A stretch of 64,000 nt of DNA, from the NCBI GenBank assembly GCA_030265395.1, contig JARFYF010000104.1:22735659-22799658 (forward strand), written 5' to 3'. Made by a program: the position numbers and the translations under genes. This document shows positions 62,812 to 64,000 of this stretch, one piece after another. Every line of letters starts with the position of its first letter. Position 1 is the stretch's first letter. The notes under the pieces were generated by a model, which saw nothing but the letters and a program-made list of their open reading frames with translations, was not told the origin of the DNA and did no database searches. This DNA comes from Rhina ancylostomus (Eukaryota).

Positions 62812-62920
62812 GAGAAACAAAAGCAAAATACTATAGAAGCTGAAAATACTGAGGCCATGTAGTATCTGCAAAGAGAGAAAAAGAGTTAACTTTTCAGATT
62901 GAGGACCTGTCATCAGGAAT
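62812..62920 (-). mobile_element. Penelope terminal fragment with hammerhead-like core
   Basis: Minus strand ctgatga-c-agg-tcctcaa-tct-gaaa-agtta-actc followed by tctctctttgcagatactac. Confidence 0.55.
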
Positions 62921-64000
62921 GGCTTTGCTAAGAGTTGAAGTAAGAGTCTAACACATTCTAGATCAATAACTTAATCCTTGTATCACAGTTCCCTTTTGGA
63001 ATACATGACCCTTTTCATTTGCATGGATCCCAGTGATTTTTGTTAAGGTGCTCACTTGGTTCTTAAATTAATCATGTGTGACTGCTATCAGTTAAGCTTT
63101 GTAATATATATATGAATGCATGCAAGACATTATAGCTGTTTCCTATTGAGAAACTATTTTAGTGAAGGCTAAGATGTAATACAGGTTATAAATATCAGTA
63201 TGTGATATAACTGTTCACTTTAGACCATGTTATTTAGCTGTAGAATCAGTATTAGATTTGATATGGGTGCATTTCCCATTAAGGAAAGGGTTGCCTTAGG
63301 AATAAAAAAAGCAAATAGTCTTGAAATTTCATGAAAATTATCATGACCATTAGTTTGGTTTAAAAAAAGATTACATTCTTTTGCCACAAATTTTGGATCT
63401 ATGTTTGGATCATTAAAGTAAACTTCATTGACGTTCTCCTCCACTAGAACTTGCAGTGAACTGGGTTTCATGCTTCGAGTTCCTCTGTGATCCCCTTATT
63501 TATATCGTAATTTATAGATGGATTTTGTTGTCCTTTTAGGCCTAGTCACAATCAGCAGGTGGACCACTTTTTCAGATTGCTTCTGGGAATGGTAAATTGA
63601 TCTGGTCTCAGCCTTCATAATAGTTGCTGTTTTCTTCTTCCTGTATTTGCTTTCTGACATGAAGTCAGATATAGTGAAGGTGAAAGGCCAGTGAGAGAAA
63701 ACTAAGCTTGAGCAGTAGTCTGCTGATAGGCAAGTTTTGGTAATATGTTTCTAAGTCTTCAGTCTTTGGAAATCCATTAATGTTTCAGAAAGTAATTCTG
63801 TAGAAGCAGAGGTAAATGTATTGATGGTTCTTTGTGCCTGTATATGCCAGGAATATTTAGAGTGATGTGAATAATGGATAAAACCATGAACGATTTATAA
63901 GTCTGAACAAATTTTGGAAGATATGTCAATTTTAATGTGAGGTTTCATCTGATTTACTTTAATGATTTTTTTAAAACAATCAAATAGACTCTTGAGTATT

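Noticed and set aside
63540-63591. Exon-like cassette as the next WDR41 coding exon
   Set aside because: It has AG/GT ends and an open frame (PSHNQQVDHFFRLLLGM) but does not resemble the expected FASAGDDG..VWN sequence; the true exon is probably beyond the window.

Overview
AT-rich, repeat-dense eukaryotic DNA with several assembly gaps. The repeat complement points to a cartilaginous fish (shark or ray): CR1/HER1-like LINEs with HE1/V-type SINEs, Deu-domain SINEs, Rex1, L2, RTE and Penelope-like elements. The only host gene I recognise is the 5' end of WDR41 on the + strand. It has a CpG-island promoter at ~53.9-54.4 kb, a probable non-coding first exon, and two coding exons (61883-61930 and 62418-62533) closely matching the N-terminus of vertebrate WDR41. 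The 54 kb upstream is intergenic, mostly decayed retroelements, with a few repeat-free islands that look like conserved enhancers; in human, OTP lies on this side of WDR41. Almost all ORFs in the supplied track are TE fragments or noise. I found no convincing new protein-coding system. The best leads are: (1) a possible divergent spliced transcript from the WDR41 CpG island; (2) degenerate minimal hammerhead-ribozyme motifs in Penelope termini, one hit by a self-insertion with a 15-bp TSD; (3) a 62-bp-arm inverted duplication of a MITE end plus flank; (4) a solo LTR with an apparent 6-bp TSD; (5) a recent 63-bp duplication that doubles an ARE/MARE site. TE boundaries are approximate unless termini or TSDs are quoted.
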